IMG/VR virus record: IMGVR_UViG_3300035505_000270 | Location: 1-64,000 of that record | Reading direction: 5' to 3' (one strand) | DNA from: a virus | Taxonomy: Duplodnaviria; Caudoviricetes | DNA: 64,000 nucleotides | Part shown: positions 10,774-21,731 of the stretch, in pieces | How the letters are laid out: each line of letters opens with the position of its first letter | Numbering within the stretch: position 1 is the first letter of the stretch | Notes under the pieces: model-generated | Told to the model about the DNA's origin: nothing | The model's input: only the letters and a program-made list of their open reading frames with translations | Database searches by the model: none | Made by a program: the position numbers and the translations under genes

Positions 10774-11721
10774 ATGAAGAAAATGATTAACGTAGAAAAT
10801 ATTATAGGTAGAGTTTATCAGCATGAATTAACAGTTAAGACAGTACAGAATCAAGCTTCTTCAAATTATGGAAAAGAGTTTATTTCTGGTAATCTTGATA
10901 TTGCGACAGATGAAGAAGGTTTAAATGTAGTACAGGTTCATTATACTTATGTTACACCAACTACAAGTAAAGGTGCCGTAAATCAAACTTTCAATGCTTT
11001 GAAGAAAATTATTAGTGAAAATAAGACTTGGCTTGAAGTAGGTAAGGATGAAGCTATTAAAGTTAAAGCTACTCCTTCAATAGATTTAAATGATTTTTAT
11101 AATAACAACAATGAATTAGTTTCTGCAAAAAGAAATGAAGGTGGCTTCCTTAATATTGTATCTGACTTAGGAGAGGAAAATAAAAGAAATGAATTTTCTG
11201 CAGATATGCTTATTACTTCTGTAAAAACAGTAGAAGCTAATGAAGAAAAAAATATTAAAGAAGATTATGTAGTTATTCGTGGTGCTATCTTTAATTTTAA
11301 AAAAGCACTTCTTCCAGTAGAATTTACAGTTAGAAATAAAGCTGGTATGAATTATTTTGAAAATGCGGGTATCTCTCCTTCAGAACCAATGTTTACTAAG
11401 GTATGGGGTAAGATCAATTCCACCACTACTTATATTACAAAGGAAGAAGATTCTGCTTTTGGAGAACCTTCAGTTCAGAAGTATCCTAAGAAAACCAAGG
11501 AATGGGAAGTAACGGGTTCACCAAGAGTTACTTATGATTATGGTGATGAAAGTGTACTTACCGCTGATGAAGTGACAAAAGCTATGCAGGATAGAGAAGT
11601 TTACCTCGCAGAGGTAAAAAAGAAGGCAGAAGAGTGGAAAGCTCAGGTTGCAGCAGGCGGTTCTAGTTCTGCGTCAACAGTAACTCCTTCTCAGGTTGCA
11701 GCAGGTGGATTTAACTTTTAA
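10774..11721 (+). CDS. Probable single-stranded DNA-binding protein
   Basis: Beta-rich sequence with a flexible tail ending in aromatic residues (GGFNF); next to an AAA recombination ATPase. Confidence 0.45.
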   Translation: MKKMINVENIIGRVYQHELTVKTVQNQASSNYGKEFISGNLDIATDEEGLNVVQVHYTYVTPTTSKGAVNQTFNALKKIISENKTWLEVGKDEAIKVKATPSIDLNDFYNNNNELVSAKRNEGGFLNIVSDLGEENKRNEFSADMLITSVKTVEANEEKNIKEDYVVIRGAIFNFKKALLPVEFTVRNKAGMNYFENAGISPSEPMFTKVWGKINSTTTYITKEEDSAFGEPSVQKYPKKTKEWEVTGSPRVTYDYGDESVLTADEVTKAMQDREVYLAEVKKKAEEWKAQVAAGGSSSASTVTPSQVAAGGFNF

Positions 11722-11781
11722 TAAATTATAAAGGGGTAACTCCCTTATAATAATTAAATTTTAAAATAAGGAGAATTAAAC

Positions 11782-12813
11782 ATGGCTATAGATATTTTTA
11801 ATGCCCCCCATTCTGTAATCGCTAATGGATTAGAAGGAAAAGTTATTTTAATATATGGAGGCAATAACTTAGGAAAATCTTATCAAGCAACTCGTTTTGA
11901 GAAACCTTTTGTTGTTGCTTGTGAAATGGGATTAAATGGTATTGATGGTATACCTTATGCTCCAATAACAAGATGGTCTGATTTTAAAAGCGTTATTAAG
12001 CAGTTTACAGATCCTAGGTCTAAAGATAAAGCTAAGGAAATGTATCATACTATTATTATAGATGAAGTTTATGCTTCTTCAATTTATTGTCAAGATTATG
12101 TTTGCTCTACGTATGGAGATGGAGCTTTAACTATGGCAGATGGAGATAGTAAACATAATCTTTATCAATTATATGAAAAAGAGTATTTTCGTCAAATAAA
12201 TTTACTGGTTAGCGCAGGTTACACAGTTGTTTTTATTGCACACGAACAGGTTAATACACAAACAGGTTTTATATCTCCTAAAGGAGATAAACGATGCATG
12301 AATCCTATTATTGATAAGTGCGATTATGTAGTGTATTTAAAAAGCAATGGCGTTGATTCAGAAGGAAGAGTTATAAAATCTTCTGGATATTTGGCTCAGA
12401 CAAAAGAATTTTTTGCAAGAGCTAGAATAGAATATACGCCTACTTTTATTAAAGAATTTACAGCTGAGAATTTAGCACAAGCTATTCAAACTGGTATTGA
12501 CAAAAAGAAAGAAAATGACAATGTTGTTATTGCTACTTTTGCAGAACAACAAAAATTAAATACTGTTGCAGAATTAGATTTTAATAGTTTAAAAGAAGAA
12601 TTTGATAGTTTAATAGGCTCAATTCCAGGTTCTAGTGATGGAACTGAAGCAGAACAAGAACACTTTGGAAAATTTTGGGCACCTAAAATTGTTCAGCTTA
12701 CAGATAAATATCTTGGAAAGGGTAAAAAAGTAGGAGAATGTAATTCAAATCAGGTTGAAGCACTCTCTCTTATTGTAGAGGAATTAAAAGAAATTATTAA
12801 ATTAAATTCATAA
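11782..12813 (+). CDS. AAA-family ATPase (Sak4/AAA_24-like)
   Basis: Walker A GGNNLGKS, Walker B IIIDE, VVFIAHE. Confidence 0.75.
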   Translation: MAIDIFNAPHSVIANGLEGKVILIYGGNNLGKSYQATRFEKPFVVACEMGLNGIDGIPYAPITRWSDFKSVIKQFTDPRSKDKAKEMYHTIIIDEVYASSIYCQDYVCSTYGDGALTMADGDSKHNLYQLYEKEYFRQINLLVSAGYTVVFIAHEQVNTQTGFISPKGDKRCMNPIIDKCDYVVYLKSNGVDSEGRVIKSSGYLAQTKEFFARARIEYTPTFIKEFTAENLAQAIQTGIDKKKENDNVVIATFAEQQKLNTVAELDFNSLKEEFDSLIGSIPGSSDGTEAEQEHFGKFWAPKIVQLTDKYLGKGKKVGECNSNQVEALSLIVEELKEIIKLNS

Positions 12814-12864
12814 TATTGTTGGGCAAGGACGTAAAAGTCTTTGTCCAATTTTTAATTATATAGT

Positions 12865-12893
12865 TTGACTTTTAATAAAATTTATGTTATAAT
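12865..12893 (+). promoter_or_regulatory. sigmaA-type promoter
   Basis: TTGACT-17bp-TATAAT with TG extension. Confidence 0.75.
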
Positions 12894-12921
12894 ATATATA
12901 GAAATTAAAAAGAGGTGTAAT

Positions 12922-13446
12922 ATGGCAACAGCACATTATGTAATCTGTCCTTATTGCGGTGAGAAGTTTAACCGAGATAAGGAGCCTACAACACAGGTTT
13001 CCGCACGTAGATATGCACATAAAAAATGTGCAGAAGAACATGAAAAAAATAAAAGTCAAGAAGAAAAAGACTTAGAAGCATTAGAAAAATATATCAAGAA
13101 TTTATTTGATGAAGAATATGTAAATGCAAGAGTGCGGAAGCAATTAAAAGAATATAAAGAACAATATAATTTTACGTATAGTGGAATATTAAAAACTTTA
13201 ATTTATTGGTATGAGGTAAAAGGCAATTCAATAGAGAAAGCTAATGGCGGACTGGGGATCGTACCTTATATCTATCAACAAGCTTGCCAATACTATTATG
13301 CTTTATATTTAGCGAAATTAGCAAATGAAAATAAAGATATTCAAAACTATCATACTAAAGTTAAGGAAGTGGAAATTCCACCTCCGCAACCAAAATTATT
13401 TAAAATAAAATTATTTAACTTAGAGGAAGAGGAAGATAATGTCTAA
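12922..13446 (+). CDS. Zn-finger protein upstream of helicase (possible loader/initiator)
   Basis: CPYCG...H..C; start reassigned to ATG 12922 after AGAGGT; overlaps the helicase start. Confidence 0.55.
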   Translation: MATAHYVICPYCGEKFNRDKEPTTQVSARRYAHKKCAEEHEKNKSQEEKDLEALEKYIKNLFDEEYVNARVRKQLKEYKEQYNFTYSGILKTLIYWYEVKGNSIEKANGGLGIVPYIYQQACQYYYALYLAKLANENKDIQNYHTKVKEVEIPPPQPKLFKIKLFNLEEEEDNV

Positions 13447-16093
13447 ATATATAGATACAACAGCAATAATAAATGTAATAGGCTCAATTTTTCTTAATCC
13501 TTTACTATTGGATAATGAAAAATATAATTTTTATGAAGAAGATTTTCCGCAAGAGTTTCATAAAATTATTTTTGGTTCTATTTATAATTTACATAATCTT
13601 GGGGCTAAAGAAATTACTATTAGCACAATAGAAGATTACTTAGAGCAACGCCCAAAAAAGATGGCAATTTATAAAGCGAACAAAGGAACTGAATATTTAA
13701 ATAAACTTGCGGAAGTTACTCAATTAGCTACTTTTGATTATTATTATAGTCGAATGAAGAAAATGACTTTATTTAGAATGTATCAAAAAATAGGTTTAGA
13801 CCTCTCTTGGTTGTATGATAATGATAACATTTTAGATACTAAAAAGAAGCAAACTCAAGAAGAATGGCTAGATAATACTTCATTAGAACAGATTGCGGAA
13901 ACCATAGATTCTAAGATATCTGCTATTAAAATGAAATATGCAGATGATTATAATGAACAATCTGCGCAAGCTGGTGAAAATGTATTAGAGTTAATAGAAT
14001 CTTTTAAAAAGAATCCAGAGTATGGATATCCAATGTTTGGTCCTCTTATTAATACTATCACGCGCGGGGCTCGGTTAAAAAAGTTCTACCTACGTTCGGC
14101 CCCCTCGGGCCTCGGCAAAACGAGAGCAATGATAGCGGACGCGTGTAACTTTGCCTGCAGTGAGTTATATGATTATAAAGAACATAAATGGGTAGAGAAT
14201 GGTTCTAAAGAACCTACTTTATATATTACAACAGAACAAGAGATAAATGAAATTCAAACTATGATGATAGCTTTTATATCAGATGTAGATGAAGAGCATA
14301 TTTTGACGGGAGAATATTATGAAGGAGAATGGGAGCGCGTGGTAAAAGCTTCTAATATCTTGCAAAAATCTCCCATTTATATTCAAGAGTTACATGATTT
14401 TTCTTTGCAAGATATTGAGAATACATTAAAACGTGGGATTCATGAGCATGGTGTGCGTTACTTGTGTTTGGATTATCTGCACACAAGTATGAAAATTCTT
14501 TCAGAAATATCCTCCAAATCAAAGGTATCCGGTCTCCGCGAGGATAATATTTTATTTTTAATTAGTGTTAGACTTAAAGATTTAGCTAATGATTATGGAG
14601 TGTTTATTCTCTCTTCTACGCAGTTAAATGGTAGGAAAAAGTAACTGCCAATAAAACCTTATCCTAGAACTCACTAGGGGTATTTAATAAATTTTTGGAC
14701 AAAGTTTATTAAATGCTAACGGGGAACTTTAAAGTATATTGTACAGTAAATAACTAAATGCAATTTACCATGAGAATCCCGTGTGATGCAATCCATTCGA
14801 TTTATTATGATATTTTGCATTGTCATAATAAGGAGAAAAATATGATTGGAATTTATTTAATAACAAATAATGTAAATGGTAAAGTTTACGTGGGACAAAG
14901 TATTAATATTGAAAGAAGATATTCAGAGCATTTAAGATCTGGACAGCCTGAAAAATATTCTTTAAAAAATAAAAGAGATATTAATACTCCAATACACTTA
15001 GCAATGCAGAAATATGGTATAAGTAATTTTTCTTTAAGTATTTTAGAAGAGTGCTTAAAAGAAGAGTTAGATGATAAAGAAAGATTTTGGATTCATTATT
15101 ATAATTCAACAAATAAAGAAAAAGGCTATAATATAGGTTTGGGCGGACAAGAAAGTTTTGCATTAAAAGGAGAAAATCACAGCCAAGCAAAACTTAATCA
15201 AAAAGAAGTTAATGAAATAAAAAAACTTTTAAAAGAAACTGATTTAACCCTAACCGAAATAAATGATAAATTTCCTTTTGTTTCAAAGTCTACTTTATCA
15301 ATGATTAATCAAGGTAAAATTTGGTCCGAAGAAAATGAGTCATATCCAATAAGAATTATGTCAGTTGGAATAAAAGGCTCAAAAAATAAAAAAGCTAAAT
15401 TTACTGATGAGCAAGTTATGGAAATAAGAAAAAAGTATGCAGAAGGTCAAACTCCAAATCAACTTTATCCGCAATATAATCACATTGCTACCAATTCTGC
15501 TATAAAAGCTATAATTTATGGAGAATCATATAAAAATTTGCCAATTTATAAAAAGTCAATCAAAAAATGGATTGAGCCATGTATCGACTATCCCCAAAGT
15601 CTGAAACAAGCTGGGGAGTAGGGACGCTAGCTGAGATGCGTCTGCATTTTAGGAAACGAAGTGCATGAGAACCGAAATAGGTTTTAAGTTATAAAAAATT
15701 TTATAACTTTAAGAGATAGTCAGTTCCTTATAGAAATGTAAGGATTAAACGAGTTGGAAGGAAGAGAAAATTCCGGATCAAAACTTGCTTAGAGGCGCCA
15801 AAGCAATTGCAGACAAAATTGATATAGGGGCCATTATGCTGAAAGCCACAAGCGAAGATATAGAATCACTTCAACCAATCCTTGATAGTAAAACTTTTGA
15901 AGTTCCCGATATGAAAATATCAATTTATAAAAATAGACGAGGAAAATATAATAACCTTTTCTTATGGTGCAAAAGTAATAAAGGTACTTGTAAAATTATT
16001 CCTTTATTTGCCACTGATTACAATTATGAATTTATTGAAATGGAAGATACAAAAATAAATATAAAACCCGCAATTCAAGCAAGTGCTTTTTAA
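13439..16093 (+). CDS. dnaB: Replicative DnaB-like helicase, split by group I intron (exons 13439-14632, 15752-16093)
   Basis: Walker A SAPSGLGKT, CLDYLH, LSSTQLNG|SWKEEKIPDQNLLRGAKAIADKID, KNRRG. Confidence 0.88.
14633..15751 (+). mobile_element. Group I intron in dnaB
   Basis: Exon ends GGU; IGS GCCA; GCTAACGGGGAA...AATCCCGTG; ATCGACTA/AAGAGATAGTC; terminal G15751. Confidence 0.92.
14842..15621 (+). CDS. Intact GIY-YIG homing endonuclease
   Basis: GIYLITNNVNGKVYVGQS, GYN, two C-terminal HTH-like repeats; AGGAG RBS before ATG 14842. Confidence 0.88.
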   Translation: MIGIYLITNNVNGKVYVGQSINIERRYSEHLRSGQPEKYSLKNKRDINTPIHLAMQKYGISNFSLSILEECLKEELDDKERFWIHYYNSTNKEKGYNIGLGGQESFALKGENHSQAKLNQKEVNEIKKLLKETDLTLTEINDKFPFVSKSTLSMINQGKIWSEENESYPIRIMSVGIKGSKNKKAKFTDEQVMEIRKKYAEGQTPNQLYPQYNHIATNSAIKAIIYGESYKNLPIYKKSIKKWIEPCIDYPQSLKQAGE

Positions 16094-16103
16094 GGAGGAA
16101 ACT

Positions 16104-16664
16104 ATGGCATTAAATGTAGGATATTTAACTGCTAAAACAGATAAAGCTTCAGATGAAGTATACACTCCGCAATATGCAGTTACACCTTTAATAAAACATT
16201 TAGATAATTGGTTACATGATGCTAATATTCTAAGTAGAAAGGATATAACTATTTGGTGTCCTTTTGATGAAGAAGATAGCTGGTATGTAAAAACATTTAA
16301 AGAGGCTGGATATAACGTAATAGCTACGCATATTAATAATGGACAAAATTTCTTTGAATATGAGCCGGAACATTATGATGTTATTATTTCTAATCCACCT
16401 TTTAGTATTAAAGATGATATTTTAAAAAGATTAGATGAATTACATAAGCCTTATGCGATGCTATTGCCTTTACCTACTTTACAAGGACAAAAGCGATTTG
16501 ATTATATAAAAGATTGTGAAGTATTAATTTTTGATAAAAGAATTAATTTTTATAAAGACAAAGAAATGAAAGAGGTTCAAAAAGGAGTTAGTTTTGCAAG
16601 TATTTATATTTGCAAAAATTTTCTTTTTAACACATTAATTTTTGAGAAGCTAGAAGTAAAATGA
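16104..16664 (+). CDS. Phage N6-adenine DNA methyltransferase
   Basis: DEVYTP, WCPFD, SNPPFS catalytic motif; AGGAGG RBS before ATG 16104. Confidence 0.75.
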   Translation: MALNVGYLTAKTDKASDEVYTPQYAVTPLIKHLDNWLHDANILSRKDITIWCPFDEEDSWYVKTFKEAGYNVIATHINNGQNFFEYEPEHYDVIISNPPFSIKDDILKRLDELHKPYAMLLPLPTLQGQKRFDYIKDCEVLIFDKRINFYKDKEMKEVQKGVSFASIYICKNFLFNTLIFEKLEVK

Positions 16665-17752
16665 AAATAGACAAAGATAAATTAAAAGAAGAATTAACAA
16701 TAGAACAAATACATGATTTAGTGGCGGAATTGGGCGGGAACCCGCAACCTATTAAAGAAAATTATTTCATATCTCAAACGATATGTCATAATAAACCAGG
16801 TGAGGGTTCTTATAAGCTTTATTACTACAACAATACACACCTGTTCCGGTGCTTCACATCATGCGGCGAAACATTTGATATTTTTAGTTTAGTGCAAAAA
16901 CAAAAATCTATTCAAGAAAATATTGAATGGCCTTTACCAAAAGCTATTGCCTATGTAGCTTCATATTTTGGTTATGATTTTAATGTTTTTGAACCTTTTG
17001 AAGAAGTATCTCTTGAAGATTGGAATTACTTTAAGAACTATAGTAAAATTCAAGAATCTCAAAATAATGACCAGAAAATAGAGTTAAAATTTTATAATGA
17101 TAGGATACTTAATTTTTTGCCAAAGCCCAGGATATTACCCTGGGAACAAGAGGGTATTTCTACAGAAATAATAAAACGTAGAGGGATTTCTTATGATCCC
17201 GTTAATGAAGGTATAGTAATTCCGCATTATGATATAAATAATAACTTAGTTGGAATTAGAGAGCGAACTCTAATAAAAGAAAATGAACAATGGGGTAAGT
17301 ATCTCCCAGCCAAGCTTAACGGGACACTATACCGCCACCCGCTTTCTTTTAATTTATATAATTTAAATAATAGTAAAGATAATATTAAGCTTATTAAAAA
17401 AGCTATTATTTTTGAGTCAGAAAAATCAACAATGCTTTATGCGAGTTACTTTGGAGAGGAAAATGATATTACAGTTGCTTGCTGCGGACAGACAATAATC
17501 AGTTATCAACTAGGATTATTAAAATCTGTAGGCGCAGAAGAAATTATTATTGCTTTTGATAGAGAGGGCGAAAAAGATGATAAAAAGCAATATGTTCAAA
17601 AATTTTATAACTATCAGAAAAAATATGGTGCTTTATATAATTTAAGCTTCGTTTATGATAAAAAAGGAGAATATTTAGACTATAAAGATGCTCCCATTGA
17701 CAAAGGTAAAGATGTGTTTTTAAAATTATTTAAAGAAAGGATATATTTGTAA
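16661..17752 (+). CDS. DNA primase (Zn-binding plus TOPRIM)
   Basis: CHN...CFTSC Zn motif, IPHYD...GIRER, FESEKS, IIAFD.E. Confidence 0.8.
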   Translation: MKIDKDKLKEELTIEQIHDLVAELGGNPQPIKENYFISQTICHNKPGEGSYKLYYYNNTHLFRCFTSCGETFDIFSLVQKQKSIQENIEWPLPKAIAYVASYFGYDFNVFEPFEEVSLEDWNYFKNYSKIQESQNNDQKIELKFYNDRILNFLPKPRILPWEQEGISTEIIKRRGISYDPVNEGIVIPHYDINNNLVGIRERTLIKENEQWGKYLPAKLNGTLYRHPLSFNLYNLNNSKDNIKLIKKAIIFESEKSTMLYASYFGEENDITVACCGQTIISYQLGLLKSVGAEEIIIAFDREGEKDDKKQYVQKFYNYQKKYGALYNLSFVYDKKGEYLDYKDAPIDKGKDVFLKLFKERIYL

Positions 17753-17753
17753 T

Positions 17754-17990
17754 ATGTTAGTTCAAGATTTTACAACAATTGATATTAAGAAACTTGATAA
17801 AGAAATTGATGAATTTAAAACTAAATATAATCGTTTACCTAAATATTTAGTTATGAGTAAAGATATGAGCACAGACTTGGTGCTAAAGACATTTAATAAT
17901 TTTGATGGTATAGCAATAAAACGATATAAAGGTATTCCTGTTGCTATTTGTGATTGCGTTTCATATGGAACAGTAGATTTTATAGAATAA
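17754..17990 (+). CDS. Hypothetical protein
   Basis: ORF in operon. Confidence 0.55.
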   Translation: MLVQDFTTIDIKKLDKEIDEFKTKYNRLPKYLVMSKDMSTDLVLKTFNNFDGIAIKRYKGIPVAICDCVSYGTVDFIE

Positions 17991-18007
17991 TTTAAGGTAA
18001 AATAAAT

Positions 18008-18196
18008 ATGATAACAATTATTAAAAGAGGAACAAAACATCAAATAACTTGTAATTCATGTGGAGCGGTGCTAACATATGAAGATGAGGATATTCTCCGA
18101 ACTAGAACTATAGTTTGTATGGATATTATCAATGATGTAAAATATATTATTTGTCCTCAATGCAACCAAGAAATACATTTGGAGATAAGTAAATGA
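18008..18196 (+). CDS. Small Zn-ribbon protein
   Basis: CNSCG and CPQC pairs. Confidence 0.6.
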   Translation: MITIIKRGTKHQITCNSCGAVLTYEDEDILRTRTIVCMDIINDVKYIICPQCNQEIHLEISK

Positions 18197-20007
18197 AATA
18201 TAAATTAATTAAAGAGATTAATCCTAATTACTCTGCGTTAGAACAGGTATTAACCAATAGAGGGATTGAATATAATAATTTGTATCATTATATAAATACA
18301 ACAGATGCCGATATTAATTCACCTTTAGCTTTTGGTGAAGAAAATATGAAAAATGCGGCGGCCTCTATTATTACCGCAGTCAAGTATAATTTAAAGGCCT
18401 TAATCATTGTAGACAGTGATTGCGACGGTTTTACTTCCGCTGCCCTTCTTATTAATTATCTTTATACTTTATTTCCCGCTTGGACTAAACATTATTTAAC
18501 ATGGTATATCCACGAAGGAAAACAGCATGGTTTAAATGATTGTTATGAGCAAGCCTATACAGATGATTTTAAGTTGGTGATTCTTCCAGATGCAGGTTCT
18601 AATGATGTAGAATTTCATCAGAAATTATATGAAAATGGGATTACTACAGTTTGTTTAGATCATCATATCGTAGATGCAGAAATCACTTGCGGGATTGTAA
18701 TAAATAATCAAAATAGCGATTATCCTAATAAAGAATTGAGCGGAGTGGGAGTTACTTGGCAATTATGTAGATATTTAGATAGCCTTTTAAACACTGATTA
18801 TGCAAATCAATATCTTGACTTGGTAGCTCTTGGCAACACTGCAGATATGCAATCTTTGCAATCAATAGAAACAAAACATTTAATAAATAAAGGCTTTGAA
18901 CCTGAGAATATTCATAATCCTTTTATTTATTATATGTGGCAAAAGAATCAATTTAAATTAGGTGACCACATCACATCATGGGGCGCAGCTTTTTATATTG
19001 CACCTCTAGTTAATGCTATTGTGCGTAGTGGAACCCAAGAGGAAAAAGAATTAATTTTTGAGTCGATGTTAGCTTTTAAGGCTTTTAATTTAATTCCATC
19101 TACCAAAAGAGGGCATTTACCAGGAGAACAAGAAAAATTAGTAGAGCAAGCTGTAAGAACTTGTACCAATGTGAAGAATAGACAATCAAGAGCTCAAGAT
19201 GCAGGGATGGAACTTTTAGAGAATAAAATTATAGAAGATAATATGCTTGAACATAAAGTATTATTATTCTTGCTTGAACCTGGACAAATAGACAAAAATA
19301 TTGCGGGATTATGCGCAAATAAGGTAGCTTCACTTTATCAAAGACCTTGTGCTATTCTTACAAGAGTGGAAGAAATTAGTAAGGTAGAGTTTCCTAATAA
19401 TGATAAAGTAATTGCAGAAATGTATACTAATATATCATATCAAGGTTCTGCAAGAGGATGTGATATAGTTGGTATTACTAATTTTAAGAGTATCTGCGCG
19501 GGAACTGGGTTGACGAGTCTAGCCGCGGGTCATGAAGGAGCCTTCGGGCTAAACATCCCCGAAGAAAACATAAATAAATTCATTTCCGCAACAGATGAAG
19601 CATTAAAAGATATGCCTTCCGAAGCATTATATTATGTTGATTATATTTATAATGGAAATAATGTAAATCCTCAAAATATATTAGATATAGCCTCTATGGA
19701 TTGCTATTGGGGGAAGGATCTATCAGAAAGCATCGTTGCTATTGAGAATTTAACTATAGTACCGGAAATGGTAACTATTTATAATAAATCAAGTATAACA
19801 ATTAAAATTCAACTAAATAATAATGTAACTTTAATGTTATTTAATGCAACAGAAAAAGATTGTGATAAGTTGCAGACAAATAATACAGGCTATGTAAAAA
19901 TAAATTGTGTAGGCAAATGCCATCTAAATGAATGGAATGGAAATGTGTCTCCGCAGATTTTTATAACAGAGTATGAAATTGTTGACTCTAGTAAATATTT
20001 CTTTTAA
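18193..20007 (+). CDS. recJ: RecJ-like ssDNA exonuclease (DHH family)
   Basis: DSDCDG, DAG, DHH, LSGVGV, DLVALGNTAD, GSARG, GHEGAFG. Confidence 0.9.
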   Translation: MKYKLIKEINPNYSALEQVLTNRGIEYNNLYHYINTTDADINSPLAFGEENMKNAAASIITAVKYNLKALIIVDSDCDGFTSAALLINYLYTLFPAWTKHYLTWYIHEGKQHGLNDCYEQAYTDDFKLVILPDAGSNDVEFHQKLYENGITTVCLDHHIVDAEITCGIVINNQNSDYPNKELSGVGVTWQLCRYLDSLLNTDYANQYLDLVALGNTADMQSLQSIETKHLINKGFEPENIHNPFIYYMWQKNQFKLGDHITSWGAAFYIAPLVNAIVRSGTQEEKELIFESMLAFKAFNLIPSTKRGHLPGEQEKLVEQAVRTCTNVKNRQSRAQDAGMELLENKIIEDNMLEHKVLLFLLEPGQIDKNIAGLCANKVASLYQRPCAILTRVEEISKVEFPNNDKVIAEMYTNISYQGSARGCDIVGITNFKSICAGTGLTSLAAGHEGAFGLNIPEENINKFISATDEALKDMPSEALYYVDYIYNGNNVNPQNILDIASMDCYWGKDLSESIVAIENLTIVPEMVTIYNKSSITIKIQLNNNVTLMLFNATEKDCDKLQTNNTGYVKINCVGKCHLNEWNGNVSPQIFITEYEIVDSSKYFF

Positions 20008-20047
20008 CTGCTTGGAGGGTAAACATCCGACATTCAGATTCAAAATA

Positions 20048-20080
20048 GGGGTTTGGATTTTTTCAAACCCATTTTTACTT
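20048..20080 (+). terminator. Intrinsic terminator after recJ
   Basis: GGGTTTG/CAAACCC stem followed by ATTTTT. Confidence 0.6.
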
Positions 20081-20082
20081 AT

Positions 20083-20111
20083 TTGATTTTTATATAATTT
20101 TGTGATATAAT
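20083..20111 (+). promoter_or_regulatory. sigmaA-type promoter for RecD-like helicase
   Basis: TTGATT-17bp-TATAAT, then AGGAGG RBS and ATG 20149. Confidence 0.75.
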
Positions 20112-20148
20112 ATTTATAGAAAAAAAGAAAAGGAGGAAGTAGAACCTG

Positions 20149-21338
20149 ATGAAATTGACTAAAAAACAAGAAGAAGGTTTGAAAATTGCTATAGCCAGAT
20201 ACAGAAACAATAAAAAGTTTACTGTTATCTCTGGCTATGCCTAAAAGCAGGAACCGGGAAATCAACTCTAGTTCGTTTTATCATTGAGGCATTGGATGTA
20301 GAAGAAAGAAAAGTAGCTTATGCAACATATACAGGTAAAGCAGCAGAAGTATTACGCAAAAAGGGTAATCCAAATGCTATGACTTTACATAAATTATTGT
20401 ATGATAGTTTCCCTCGCCCGGATGGAGGTTTCTATCGCAAACCTAAAGTTTCATTGGACTTTACTATTGTTGTTGTAGATGAGGTATCAATGGTTCCTAC
20501 TGAAATGATAGATTTATTATTGAGTTACAATGTTTATGTAATTTTCTTAGGCGATCCATTTCAGCTAGGCCCGATCTCTAAAAAGGATGATAATCATCTA
20601 CTAGACAAGCCTCATGTATTCCTATCTGAGATTATGCGCCAAGCTGCAGAATCTGAAATTATTCAACTTACTATGAAAATACGTGAAGGTGAAGTCATAG
20701 ACTATTTTCAAGGGAAAGATATTTTAGTGATTCCTCCTAGTGAATTAGTTACTGGGCATATGACTTGGGCAGATCAAATTATTTGCGCTACTAATAGCAA
20801 AAGAAGAGCATTAAATGATCAAATGCGCGAACTGCTTGGTTATAGCGGGCTGCCGCAAACGGGCGAACGCATGATTTGCTTATCTAATTATTGGGAAGAT
20901 TTATCTGAAGATGGAGAATCTGCACTAGTAAATGGAACAACAGGTATTATTCAAAATCCTTTTGAAACCTATACTATGGCTCCACAATATATAAAAATGA
21001 AAAATCATCGCATGAATATAATTTGTGGAGAGTTTATTACAGAAGATGGAACAACTTTTCATTCTGTTGACATGGATAAAAAAATGATACAAACTGGAGA
21101 ACCTTGTCTTGATTGGAGAGAATCTTATGCTCTTGGTAAATTAAGAAATAAAATAGGGGATATCATACCTAGGCAGTTTGCGTATGGGTATGCGATTACG
21201 GCTCATAAAGCACAAGGCAGCGAATTTGATAAAGTTTTAGTCATAGAAGAGTCTTTTCCATTTGATAAAATTGAACACGCCCGGTGGCTATACACAGCTG
21301 CAACTCGTAGCGCAGAGAAGCTTGTTTTAGTGAGGTAG
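20149..21338 (+). CDS. SF1B (RecD2/Dda-like) helicase with an 8-nt coding gap in Walker A
   Basis: MKLTKKQ...SGYA (20149-20241), stop TAA, then GTGKST in another frame from 20250; DEVSMV, LGDPFQL, AITAHKAQGSEFD, LYTAATRS intact. Confidence 0.85.
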
Positions 21339-21343
21339 TAGAT

Positions 21344-21568
21344 ATGACACACGACATACGGAATCCAAAAACAAGAAATGAAGCTAAAAATTTTATGGTA
21401 TTTTATAAACCAATTTACACTTTAATGAATAATAAAAATACTGATATTAAATTAATTGCTGAAATGGATTTATTTAATAATTATATTGAATTTTTAATAT
21501 GTGATGAGGCAGAAGAAATTTTTTCAATTCTTCTTTTGAAATATGTGAAGCAGTTGATTTATTTTTGA
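21344..21568 (+). CDS. Hypothetical protein
   Basis: ORF directly after helicase. Confidence 0.5.
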   Translation: MTHDIRNPKTRNEAKNFMVFYKPIYTLMNNKNTDIKLIAEMDLFNNYIEFLICDEAEEIFSILLLKYVKQLIYF

Positions 21569-21650
21569 TGAAGTTGATAAAGAAAATGATAAATAAATTT
21601 TTAATTCTAATAAAACTAAATCTATTTTTAGTTAGAAAATTTGAAAAGAA

Positions 21651-21672
21651 AGAGTGCTTGTCACTCTTTTTT
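21651..21672 (+). terminator. Intrinsic terminator
   Basis: AAAGAGTG-cttgt-CACTCTTT plus T tract. Confidence 0.6.
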
Positions 21673-21699
21673 GACTTTTTATAAAAATTATGTTATAAT
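21671..21699 (+). promoter_or_regulatory. sigmaA-type promoter
   Basis: TTGACT-17bp-TATAAT with TG extension. Confidence 0.75.
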
Positions 21700-21731
21700 A
21701 TATATAGAAAAGAAAAAGGGGTATAAATAAT

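Noticed and set aside
12821-12846. Additional copy of the GGRCAA promoter element
   Set aside because: Forms a terminator-like inverted repeat and lacks a convincing downstream box at the conserved spacing.
20006-20047. tRNA-like element after recJ
   Set aside because: No cloverleaf and no TTCG T-loop; only a small hairpin before the terminator.
20239-20248. Group I intron explanation for the 8-nt helicase gap
   Set aside because: Far too short, and no register gives both an exon-terminal U and an intron-terminal G.
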